A DNA stretch of 64,000 bases from Phyllosticta citribraziliensis. Its lineage: Eukaryota. Under the pieces are notes generated by a model. That model saw only the letters and a program-made list of their open reading frames with translations. It searched no databases and had not been told where the DNA came from. The stretch spans positions 1,798,001 through 1,862,000 of the forward strand of contig NW_027117347.1 of assembly GCF_038025025.1 (NCBI RefSeq), in the 5' to 3' direction. Shown piece by piece: positions 1 to 10,072 of this stretch. The number at the start of each line of letters is the position of its first letter. The stretch's first letter is position 1. The translations under genes and the position numbers were made by a program.

Positions 1-2361
1 GCAGGGTCTGGAAGTTTTGATGCGAGTGGTGGTAACGCACTGACGCCCTCCTCCTCTTTGCCATCAGCCTTGCGCTCCCGCACTCTCTCGCCGTCCTCAC
101 CATCCTCCTCACCATCCTCACCATCCTCCTCCCTCAACTGCCCCAGCGCCGGCTTACTCCCCCGCGCCCCCGCCGACGGCGACGGCCGGTCCAGCGGACT
201 CGGAGCGACCGAGCGTGCCGCCAGCACCAAATCCGCGCTGGTTGACGACGACGAATCCGCGTCGACGAGCAGCGCCGCGTCGTCGTCATCGAGAAGCGCG
301 TCGTCTTCGTCGAGGACGTCAAAGTCGCCGGACGCTTCGTCGTCGGCGTCGGCTTCGACGTCGGTGGTGGAGGCGGCGGAGAGGAGTGTCGGGGAGGGGT
401 TGGGGTTGGAGAGGGGGATGGAGAGAGCGGGGAGCGGGGGGGAGAGGGTGGTGAGGGCGCCGGCGCCGGGCGCTGCTGTTGTTAGTGGTGGTAAGGCGGA
501 GTCGTTGGTGTTGTCGTCGATGTCTGCAGCGCGAGCGGCGGCCGTTTTGTCAACGTTGCCGCAGAGCAGACGCATCACGCCGCGCACGCAGCGGCGATCT
601 GCCGCGTTGGTGAGCAGCGCGTCCGCACCGTCGCCATCAACTCCATTCCCATTCTTATCCAGCTCCTCCGGCCGCTCGTCGCCCCACCCCACGCACCCGA
701 CGCTGATGCCCGGCCCCACGGCGTCCGTCTCGCACAGCTCGGTCAGCCCGTCGACGAGCGCGCGCAAACCGGCCGCGGCGGCGCGCTCGGCCAGCTGTTG
801 CGGCGGCAGCTTGTTCTTGCTGCTGCGTGCGCCGCGAGCAGGGCCGTCGGACGCGTCGTACACGGATGGAGAGTAGGTGTCGTCGGCTGGAGTGCCGGTG
901 TCGACGTCTTCGTCGTCGAGATATGCGTCCGGCGCCAGCACAACCAGGTGCTTTCGCTCGTTGGGCGGCAGCGTCGCCATCAGCGTCAGCGTGTGCATGG
1001 AATCGTCCAGTGCTCCGGCAGGCGACGGCGGCGATGGCGGCGGCAGCGTCGTTGGCAATGCTGTTAGGTCGTCTTCTTCGGCCCCTGTCCCTGACGGAGC
1101 GACGGGCGACGGCAATGTCGGCAGCCTCAGCGCTCCCATTGGACCCGTCGGCACTGTGGGGCTGGTGCTCATCTCGCCATTTTCACGGCACCGCACCGGG
1201 TGTGCGTGTAGTGCAGTGCTGGGGTCGAGTGGCAGAGCCGGGGGAGGCGGAGGCGGAGGGACATGAGAGGGTGGCGCGCTGGTGCTGGTCCCGGCCGTTT
1301 TGAACGATGTTGGTGAGGCGTTTGCGACGTGGCTTCGTGTCGACGAAGTGGCGGATTTTGGTGAGGTGCTGGACCCGTTCCGGTGCAGCGATTGCAGCTG
1401 TTGATGGCCATGGCCATTGACTCTCTGCTGCTGCAGTGGAATCAGGGGCGGGGATTGCCGGAAGTGGTGTAGAGCGTGGTGGACAGCGTGATAGGTGGCC
1501 GTGAAAGCGCGGTCGAGCGGAGAGGTGGGAGGAGCGGGTATGGGATTCGGAAAGACGGAGTCGGAGGTAGTCGTGCGGAGCCAGGAGAGAAGCGAGAGAT
1601 GAGGGCTCTGCGGCGTGGTGGGAGGCGGAACGGCTGAGCAGACGACGACAGAGACAGTTGCCGTTGGGCTGAAGACGGCGGCGTAGTGCATGGCTTCGGC
1701 CTGTGAGCGGAAGACGGGGAGGTTGGTGTAGATGTATTGGACACTGCTTGCTCTTAGTTCCACCTCTTGGTCTTCCTCTTGCCGCACTTGAGAGGGAACA
1801 GGACACGGATCATCCAGGAAGAAAAGATTCAAGACAACGAAAAGGACGGACTGGGAAATATCGAAAAGATTCTTGCGACATGATAGGAAATTGATGTGGT
1901 CAGGCTCCATCAAGAAAAGAAAACAAAATCGACTGTGTAACAGCCCAATTGGCCCAAAGAAAGCTTTTGCAGACGTCCCAGACAATCCAAGAAAAGCTCA
2001 AGTCCAAACGGACGTCTGTTAAACGACTTGAAATGGAGAAGAAGCAAAGGAAATGACCCACCGTAAATTCCTCCCAACGCACTCCAGCATCAACCGCTGG
2101 CCCTCATTGGCCGCGCTATCAGCAATAGTGACATATGCCCTACAACGTCGTCAGCGCAAACTCTACGCGCGCATCACAGCAAACACAAACATACCCAGCC
2201 TCAGCCAGCGCCTTCACAACCGCAGCGCCGGCGCCCGTCGCGCCGCCAAAGACGAGCGCGCCTTGGCCATTGAGCCACGACGAGGCGACGGGCCTGCCGG
2301 AATCGACGCGGACGTGCGTGTTGGGGTGCGTGTAGAGGCCATTGGACTGCGGGCGATTCAT
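1..2361 (-). CDS. Degenerate short-chain dehydrogenase/reductase (SDR)-fold protein with long low-complexity insertions; runs off the left edge of the window
   Basis: Manual splicing: ATG 2361, intron 2194-2140 (GTATGT..TAG), exon 2139-2062, intron 2061-1744 (GTGGGT..CAG), then an open frame to the window edge. The product reads ...ALVFGGATGAGAAVVKALAEAGAYVTIADSAANEGQRL...RVQYIYTNL...FSPTATVSVVVCSA...TYHAVHHALHHFR...KHLVVLAP, which follows fungal SDR Rossmann strands in order. Confidence 0.7.
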
Positions 2362-2728
2362 AATGATGTAAACGCTTCTCGTGATAGCTGGAGCAGCGCC
2401 TCCTCCGCAGAGCCGCCGTCGCGCCGGTATCGAGAGGAAATTGCGAGTCGGCGAGGCATTGGGATGGTGGAGAGTCGGCCGCGGAGCTGAGGTTGAATCA
2501 AACTCTAGACGGCCTTGGCGCGGGAAGCCAAATGTTGTGCTGCTGCCGCTGGAGACGAGCCCCGGAGCGGGAAGCGTGTGAGGGATTCCAGCTTTGGTTC
2601 GCGCGTGCGCCGGCGCTTGCCGTCCCGCCGCCGTCGCCCATGGCTCGCGTGGTGGGCGTGTGGCTGGTGTCGCGTCCTGTCGATTGCGGGTGGCTGACGG
2701 GAGGAGTTGGCTGTCGACTAGTTGGAGA

Positions 2729-2754
2729 TGGTGTTGGTGTTGGTGTTGGTGTTG
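2729..2754 (+). repeat. (TGGTGT)4 microsatellite in the divergent intergenic region
   Basis: Directly visible tandem hexamer. Confidence 0.85.
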
Positions 2755-3120
2755 AAACTCCCCGACGCGACGATCCGATCTGATCTGATCGTCCCTCGCC
2801 CATGTGGCCGGGGCGTGGTGCGAGGGCTGACGTCACCTCTTCGTGATCTCCACAAGCAGTCACCGGGCAAGCCTCAGGTCGAGTCCCGGCGTCTCTCAAA
2901 ACCAGGCACACGCCCACGACACCTCACCTCGATTGACTGAATGCTCGCCTGCCAGGCCGCGCGCCTCGTCTCGCTGCTCACAAAACCCATCCTACGCTCG
3001 CCGCCAGCTAGTCCCACCTCCCGCTTTTCCTGCGCCTAGCACATACACACATCGACAACCCCTCTCTTTCTGTCTCTCGCTCCCACCAGAACCTCTCCAC
3101 CTCTCCTCACTCCACACACC

Positions 3121-4279
3121 ATGGGCTCCCTCGCCAACGGCCACGGCCCAACCGCCGGCTTCCTCAGCTTCAACAAGCGGCCCCCGCAAGTCCACGTGCT
3201 GGGCGAAGACCCTGACTTCGACCCCACAACGCTGTCGACGCTGCGCGCCGAGGGCTTCAGCGTGCACTACCACGGCATGGCACCGAGCAAGGCGGCCCTG
3301 ATCGAGACGATTCGCGCCATCCCCGACGCGCTTGAGCTGGGCGAGCACTACGCCATCGTCGCCTACGGCGCCGCCGCCACCCTCGCCCTGCAGCTCGCCA
3401 TGAAGCCCATGCCGCGCTGCGTCGCCCTCGTCGCCTACTACCCCGACACCCTGCCCAGCCCCAACTACAAGTATCCCACCCAGCTCCACATGGTGCTGCA
3501 TGTCGCTGGCGATCAGCAGCTTGGTGGTTGCACGGTCAAGAGCTATTGGTACCGTGGGACCACGGTTGGCTTTGCCGAGGCCGACCTCGACGAGTTTGAG
3601 CCTGTCAGTGCGGGCCTGGCGTGGTCGCGCACGCTGGGCACCGTGAGGCGCGGGTTGAACATGAGCGTGGATCTGGAGAGCGTGTTGGAGGAGCATTTGA
3701 CATGTATGCAATTCACGGTGTAAACTTTTGGCTGCCAGTAGTCGCGCTAACCACCTCGGACCCGCAGACAAATTCTCCTCCAAGAACCCCGAAAAGACAA
3801 TGGCTACCATGGTACCGCAGCCGTACCTGAACCACGTCCCGACAGGGACGGGCGGCATCGGCCGTGGCCAGCTGATGCGCTTCTACCGCGACTTTTTCCA
3901 CCCAGGCCTGCCACCGTCCTTCAACATCCGCCTCATCTCGCGCACCGCCGGCGTCGACCGCGTCGTCGACGAAATGGTCGTCAGCTTCCGCCACACCCAG
4001 CACGTGCCGTGGATTCTACCCGGCGTCGCGCCGACCAACAAGAGAATCGACATTGCCATGGTCAGCATCGTCTGCATCAAGGGCGGCAAGGTCGAGAGCG
4101 AAAAGGTCTATTGGGACCAGGCGAGCGTCCTCGTGCAGGCCGGCTTGCTCAACCCCAACGTCGTGCCAAAGCAGATGCGCGACAAGGGCCTGCACCAGCT
4201 GCCCGTGGTCGAGGACAGCGCAAAGAAGCTGCTCGACGAGGAGGCCATGCCGAGCAACGAGCTGATTGACGAGTGGTAA
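3121..4279 (+). CDS. Dienelactone hydrolase-like / SnoaL-like (NTF2-fold) fusion protein (carboxymethylenebutenolidase-like)
   Basis: ORFs 3121-3723 and 3728-4279 are joined by intron 3704-3767 (GTATGC..GCTAAC..CAG). Motifs 'ALVAYYP', 'AGLAWSRTL', 'YLNHVPTGTGG', 'RVVDEM' and 'YWDQASVL'. Confidence 0.85.
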
Positions 4280-4340
4280 ACCGTCTCGTGTCACGAGTCA
4301 CGATTTACGCTTTTCCTCCCGTTGCAGACCCGCGGGCCAA

Positions 4341-5777
4341 TCATGCGATAAATTTGCACGTCGGCAGCCTGTACGTCTCCAACACCCAATACTTGCGCCT
4401 GACGCCCTCCCACTCTCCATTGGCGTCGAGGTTGGGGATGGGGATTTCCTCCCATTCCGTGTCGAAGCCGGCTTCGAAGAGGTCCATTTCGACAATCTAA
4501 TTCTCAAAAATTAGCGTTTACTTTCTTCGTAGGTAGATTTAATGCCAACAACGTACCTTTGTGTAGACGTCGTAGCACACCTTTCTGTCGGCGCCCAGGC
4601 CGTTGAAGAAGCCAAAGCGGCCCTCGCCGTCCAGCAGCCCAATGACGTACTCGCTGAAGAACTCGCGCAGTGCGCTGTACTCTTCGGCAAACGTGTCGAA
4701 GTAGATGGCGTCGAAGGTCATGTTTTGCTCGACCAGCTTGGGGACGACGTCCTGCCAGCGGCCCTCGTGGATGACGACGCCGGGCTTCTTGTCCCAGCCC
4801 TGCTCGCGCATGCGCTGCACGACGGCCGGGTGCGCCTCGATGATGTGGTGCGCGGCGGGCTGCTTTTGTTGGAAAATGCCGTCGACGATGCCCATGCCGT
4901 GGCCGACGTTGAGGACGCGCAGGCCGGCCTTGGGAGCCAGCAGCTCGGCGCTGCGCCGCATCAGCGACGTCTCCCACGCCATCATGACGCCGTTGTGGTC
5001 GGCATCGAGCAGCCGGTCGGCGGTAAAGGTCAGATCGGACGCCAGGTAGGCGTCGCTCTTGACGTCCTTGTTTTCCACGTCGTCGCCGTTTTGCTGCACC
5101 ACGACGCCCGATGCCTCCAGCTCTGCTGCGGCGTCTCCGTTGCTCTCGACCACGACGCCCGACGCGCTTAGCTCCTCGCCAGCATTCGGCACGACCTCGA
5201 ATCCCTCCTCTTCCAAGACTTCGACCCCGTTGGCATCTCCGTCGACCATGTCCTCGTCTTCCGACTCCTCGTCCCCGCCGCCGCTGAGGACTTGGTACTC
5301 ATCCAACCGCGCGAGCAGCAACTCCGCCCGCACACCGGCATCCACAATGAGCCCGTAGCACTCGGTGAGCCCCAGCCGCGCAGCCACGCACCCGGGCGTC
5401 TCGCCGCTGGCGTCCAAGTCATTCCAGACGGCGCCGTGCGCCAGCAGCAGCTTGATCGTCTCGGCCGCCTTGTCCAAATCCGCCTTGTCCGGCTGCCTCG
5501 CCGCATCGTCGTCGTCTTCGAATGCCAACAATGCTGCGTGCAGCGGCGTCAGCCCCGTCTCTGGGTCGGCCACGTTGGCCGGCGTCGTGCGGAGCATGTC
5601 GCGCAGCGCGGCCAGGTCGTGGTGCGAGGACGCCAGCAGCAGCGACTGCGTGGCCAGCGTTTCGTCGTCGGCGGCAGAGGTCGTGGGCGCAGCGTCTGTT
5701 TCTGCTCCTACCGCTGCTCCTTCGCGAGGGAGCTCGATGCCGAGGTCGGCGGCGGCGGCGGACAAGTCGGTCGACAT
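4341..5777 (-). CDS. RMT2: Protein arginine N-methyltransferase 2 (ankyrin + GAMT-like methyltransferase)
   Basis: Ankyrin segment 'GLTPLHAAL', 'GVMMAWE', SAM motif 'VLNVGHGMGIVD', 'FDAIYFDTF', 'FFNGLGADR'. The last exon after an intron (~4556-4499) ends ...YRLPTCKFIA* at 4341. Confidence 0.93.
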
Positions 5778-6606
5778 GGCGGGCGTGTTGGTGGGACGAG
5801 ACAGAGTGGGTGGGATTTTCGTTGGAGGCGTGGTTGGGTGCGTGGTCAGTTGGCCAGCAGCCGAGCGGACGAAATTGGCGGTGTTGGTGTGGGAGCGGGG
5901 TGGATTGGGCTGGGCTGACTGGTGGTTGGCATGTGCAAGTGGGCGGAGTGGAGGAAAGGGAGCGGAGACTTGAGGGTGCGAGGAAAAATCCGGGTGGCCA
6001 TTGCGGGGACCCTGGTTGAGCGGCGTGGCCTGTGCGCGCGAGGTTATTTGGACGACATGCAACTCTTTGTTACCCACCGTCCCCTCTTAAGTCTCGATTC
6101 GACATGCTATCGAATGCTCCTTCTCTGCTTCATGCCCCAAGGCTCTCAGACTACTTTGGTACCTTTGAATTGCATGAGTACTTTCCCCTAGCTGTCGTAT
6201 TCAATCACAAGATGAGGTACAACTCCAGGTCGCATCACGGCTACAGTCATCGTCGCCGAGAAGCAGCGTGTCTGCGGCAATGTGTTGAAGTGGAAGCTGC
6301 ACAGTTTTGTTAATTTCGTGGGAATCATATCATGGATTGGTTCCAACACTGGCTCCACGCCCGCCCGTTTTCTTTTCTGCGCCGTCTCCCAAATAAACCA
6401 CCTTTTGACTGTCGTCCCGAATTATGCGCCGCCCTTTCCCGACCGCTGAAGTTTCTCAAGAGCTCAAAGGTGTGAATGAATCGCGGCTTAAGTGGTGTGC
6501 GGTAGTCTTCATTGCGCCGTTCGTGTTGGAGAGTTTCGGTTTCTTCTGCTTGTTCATTAGCGATAAGGTCGCGCGAAGGGTGGTTCTCGAAATTCCTTAC
6601 AGCCAT

Positions 6607-7122
6607 TTATACTTCCGTTACTTTTTTGAGCCCCCTTTCCTCGGCCAACTTGACCATTTGAGCCTGGATTTCATTGAACTTCGCTTCGGCTTTGGCAAAG
6701 CTCTCCTGGATCGCCTTGAGCTCTCTGACCGCTTTCTTGTGGTCCTCCTTCGCGACATTGAAGTCGTAATTGGCATTGACGACGTAGCCAGAGCACAGGG
6801 AGACGACGCGCATGGCCTCGAAGACGTTCTCATCGTCGCCGGTGTCCTTGGCCGCTTGGATCCGCGCGCGGCTGCGAGCAAGCCAGGCTTCGTGTCGCGA
6901 GTCTGCCCTGGTCTTGAGAAACCTGGCGTGGCGCTGCTTCTCTCGACATTCGGTAGTCTTTTCGGCAAGCTTCCTCTCGAGATCGGCGGCGACGAGGGAC
7001 GCCTCGGTCATCTTGCAGTAGATGATCTGGACCTCGCTCATCTCGGAGTAGTCCTGGGTGGTCTCGGCAATTAGTCTTGCTTCGAGAGAGATCGATAGAT
7101 GGAGACTTACGGGAGAAGACAT
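6607..7122 (-). CDS. Small coiled-coil protein of unknown function (MxxP family member 1)
   Basis: 171-aa ORF. Likely in-frame intron 7110-7054 (GTAAGT..ACTAAT..CAG) after MSSP. Similar by eye to the genes at 7675-8165 and 18106-18625. Confidence 0.75.
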   Translation of the reverse strand: MSSPVSLHLSISLEARLIAETTQDYSEMSEVQIIYCKMTEASLVAADLERKLAEKTTECREKQRHARFLKTRADSRHEAWLARSRARIQAAKDTGDDENVFEAMRVVSLCSGYVVNANYDFNVAKEDHKKAVRELKAIQESFAKAEAKFNEIQAQMVKLAEERGLKKVTEV

Positions 7123-7203
7123 CTTGAGGAGAAGGAGAGTTCGTAGGGTGGTGACCGTGAAGTTGTTGGAGTGGAGAATGAGCTGAAAGGCGAGGTCGCG
7201 AAG

Positions 7204-7314
7204 CAGATTCGTCGAAGAGAAGGCTGGCCGCGAAGAGATCTTTTGCAGAGGAGATTCGTCGCACAGGAGATTCGTCGCAGAGGAGACTCGTCGCAGAAGA
7301 ATTTCGTCGCAAGA
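7204..7314 (+). repeat. Degenerate 16-bp minisatellite (consensus GAGATTCGTCGCAGAG), ~6-7 units, upstream of the 6607-7122 gene
   Basis: Units at 7204, 7235, 7251, 7267, 7283 and 7299 read directly. Confidence 0.8.
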
Positions 7315-7674
7315 GTGATCGGATCAAAGCAGTGGAGTGGAGTGGTGACCCGACCCAGCGCGCGACCGGATTATTTTTATACAGGGTGCGAATGTTGCGC
7401 CCGCAGCGACTAACCGCTTTGGATATACTGAAGTGAATGTGGTTTTGCCAATGCCTTGCCAGAAAGTGCTTTTTCACATTTGGGAAAGCCGGCCGGCGCC
7501 AAAGCCTTGGGGTTGAGCTTGCCGCCCACGGATCTACCATACAGGCGGCCATTTCGTTGCCCTCGTTGGACGCGTCCGCTTGTCCTCGCGCAAAAGAGAA
7601 GGAAAATTGCTGCATTTAAAAGGCACCGGCATCCATCCCCTCCGTCTACTTTTCTAGAATGAGTAGTCCATGTC

Positions 7675-8165
7675 TCATTCGACGTCACCGTCCGAGCCCT
7701 CCAACTCCTTCAACTTGTCCTGCACATCCTGAAGCTCCTTGCACGCCTCCTCGTACTCCCTCAACGCCTCCTGCTCATCCAACCTCGCATCAATGAAGTA
7801 CTGAGAGCACTGCGAGTTGACGCGAATCATGTCGGCGATTTCGGCCGGGCTGTTGTGGCGGAAGACCCTCCGGGCGCGGGCTTGACTGCGCGTGAGCCAG
7901 GCGTTGAACTGCGAGGTGGCGCGCGCTTGGTACAGCTCGAGGCGCCTCAGCTTGTGGACGACGTGCAGCTCGGCCTCGTCCTTGCGGTAGCGGAGCTGGC
8001 TGAGGAGCGACCTCTTGTTCTCAAGGGCTTTGGTGATCGCGGTGGCCTCGGTGGTCTCGTGTGCGATGGTGATGTCTCCGCCGGGCTTGATCTGAGGCTA
8101 CAAAGTGTTAGCTTTGTCTCTTTCTGAGCACTCAAGAAAGAATGAACACTCACAGGAGTGGCCAT
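7675..8165 (-). CDS. Small coiled-coil protein of unknown function (MxxP family member 2; not called as a full ORF in the track)
   Basis: MATP, then intron 8153-8098 (GTGAGT..GCTAAC..TAG), then PQIKPGG...LYQARATSQFNAWLTRSQAR...EYEEACKELQDVQDKLKELEGSDGDVE* with TGA at 7677-7675. Confidence 0.78.
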
Positions 8166-8657
8166 TTTGAAGTGGTTGATGGTCCGAATGGCTGGATCGC
8201 GTTCTCAGCGTTTGTGGGTTGTTTGGCTGTGGTCGGAGAACGGCGAGACGTGCTTAATGGTTAGGCTGGCCGCGCGTGTTCTCGGCGCAGAGATTTGAAG
8301 TGGGATCAGACAAGGAGCATTCATTTGACTAGACTGATGACCGTTGAGGGACAGTTGAGTAAGTCTTGTCAGAGGATGCAACGGTGATAGGGAGCATTTA
8401 CTTGCTTCACTTGACGATCTAGGATGAAAAACCAAGCACAATCACTCATCTTGAGACATGGGAGTAGGGAGTATCCAAATGAGTTGGCGCACCGAAGGGG
8501 GGATAGTCACAGTGGGAACTGAACGAGGCTTACATGTCTCGAAGGGACAGCGGGAGTGGGTATTCGAGTATGTTGACAAGTCCGAAAGGACGGTAACATG
8601 GAGCATTTGAGATGGCTCACATTTGCTCAAGGGATTTTGAAAGAAAGTAATCATACT

Positions 8658-9674
8658 CTAACTCTTCTGCAAATTACTCTCAGAATCGTACACCTGCACG
8701 ATGGTCATCGCTGGGGCAGCGCTCGCTATAAGGTTCGAAATCACGTCAAAACGCTTGGTGGCTCTGACCACCCCTTCTTGAGCCTCTCTTGCCTCTTCCT
8801 TTGCCTTCATCGCTTCCTTGGAAAGCTTCAAACCCTTTTTCTTGCCTGTTGCCTTTTGCTCCGTGGAATCCGCACGTTCTTGATACAGCTTGACCAAGGT
8901 CATCATGACGTTGCCTTCCTCCCGTATTTTCGCGAGTTCTGCTCGGAGTCTATCGTGAATGGCTTTCTCCCCTTTGATCCAGGCCGCTAGACCTTGACTC
9001 TTTTGTGGATTGGACAATCCCCATTGTTGGATCAGGCTGAAAACAAAATCGTCGTTCGTCTCTGGCGTCTGCCCTGGGAGTTCTGGCACAAGGTGGGATG
9101 GAGCTTCTTCAACCGTGGGTTCCGGTGGCACGTTCTCACCCACAAGCTCGGAATTGTCTTGGGGAGGGCTGGATGGCGCGTCTTCGACCGTGGGTTCTGG
9201 TGGCACTTTCTTTTCCGCAAGCTCAGGATTGTCTTGGGAAGAGCTAGATGGGACGTCCTCGACTGTGGGTTTTGGTGGCACTTTCGGCCGAGGTGGCGGC
9301 AGCATCTTCGTTGTGGGACTCATTGAACGCGGTGCTGAGTCGTCCGCCTTGTTGAGTGCAACTCCGCCATCAGAATCGTTGTAAGGTATTTCGTTGACCG
9401 TGCGGCTGGTTGAGACATTGTAGACCCTGGACCAGGGAAGTATTTCGTCTTCCGAATCGCTGGCTGAGTTCTCAGATTCTTCCGCGTTATCGAGTGGAAC
9501 TCCTCCCTCCAAATCGATGGGTGAGATTTCTTCAACTGTAGGGCTAGTTGGGGCCTTGTACACCCCAAAGGAGGGTGGCAGTTTGTTGTACACAGGGCTG
9601 CGCGGGCTCTGGGAGTCGTCAATCATTTGGCGAAAAAGTGAACTATTTCTCTGCGGACTTACAGGGCTAGCCAT
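8658..9674 (-). CDS. Pro/Ser/Glu-rich protein with internal repeats and C-terminal coiled coil (probable divergent MxxP family member 4)
   Basis: MASP (alternative ATG at 9683), then in-frame intron 9662-9609 (GTAAGT..ATTGAC..CAG). C-terminal 'LVKLYQERADS' resembles 'LELYQARATS' and 'FLKTRADS' of its neighbours. The 3' end may include further exons. Confidence 0.65.
   Translation of the reverse strand: MASPVSPQRNSSLFRQMIDDSQSPRSPVYNKLPPSFGVYKAPTSPTVEEISPIDLEGGVPLDNAEESENSASDSEDEILPWSRVYNVSTSRTVNEIPYNDSDGGVALNKADDSAPRSMSPTTKMLPPPRPKVPPKPTVEDVPSSSSQDNPELAEKKVPPEPTVEDAPSSPPQDNSELVGENVPPEPTVEEAPSHLVPELPGQTPETNDDFVFSLIQQWGLSNPQKSQGLAAWIKGEKAIHDRLRAELAKIREEGNVMMTLVKLYQERADSTEQKATGKKKGLKLSKEAMKAKEEAREAQEGVVRATKRFDVISNLIASAAPAMTIVQVYDSESNLQKS
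9075..9284 (-). repeat. Three in-frame ~75-bp coding repeats (KVPPxPTVEDxPSSxxQDNxELxxx)
   Basis: KVPPKPTVEDVPSSSSQDNPELAEK / KVPPEPTVEDAPSSPPQDNSELVGE / NVPPEPTVEEAPSHLVPEL. Confidence 0.85.
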
Positions 9675-10072
9675 TTTGGACATTTTAGAGGAAGAAGGAT
9701 GCGTGGTTGTTTGTAAAACTAAAAGACCGAAGGCGGAAGTCCTGAAAATTGCCCCCTCTAGAAGACTGTGCAGCCGTATAGACCGGGATCGATGGTAACC
9801 TTGTGTCCACGATGCAAATACTGGAGTTGAGCGAGTGGCGTAAAGTAATGAAAAATGAATGTTGTGTTCGAACAAGAGCACTGCCTCCGATCGACGGATA
9901 CAAATGTTGAGAAGCGTGCGGTGTGTCAAGGAATCAGACGACCATGAGTGCTGCCCCTTTCCATGTAGCTCTTTGCCTTAACAGCAGGAAGCTGCTCCAG
10001 GTACCGACCAACTAGTCGATGTCAGAACTCACACCTGCCCTGCTTGTACCCTATCTCTCATTCGGAAGGCAT

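Noticed and set aside
58..1303. Long + strand ORFs (58-876, 827-1303, 877-1266)
   Set aside because: Ser/Arg-rich antisense shadows of the minus-strand SDR-like gene.
4542..6077. Many + strand ORFs over RMT2, and the 5' extension of ORF 4539-6077
   Set aside because: Antisense shadows caused by high third-position GC; the plausible start is ATG 5777.
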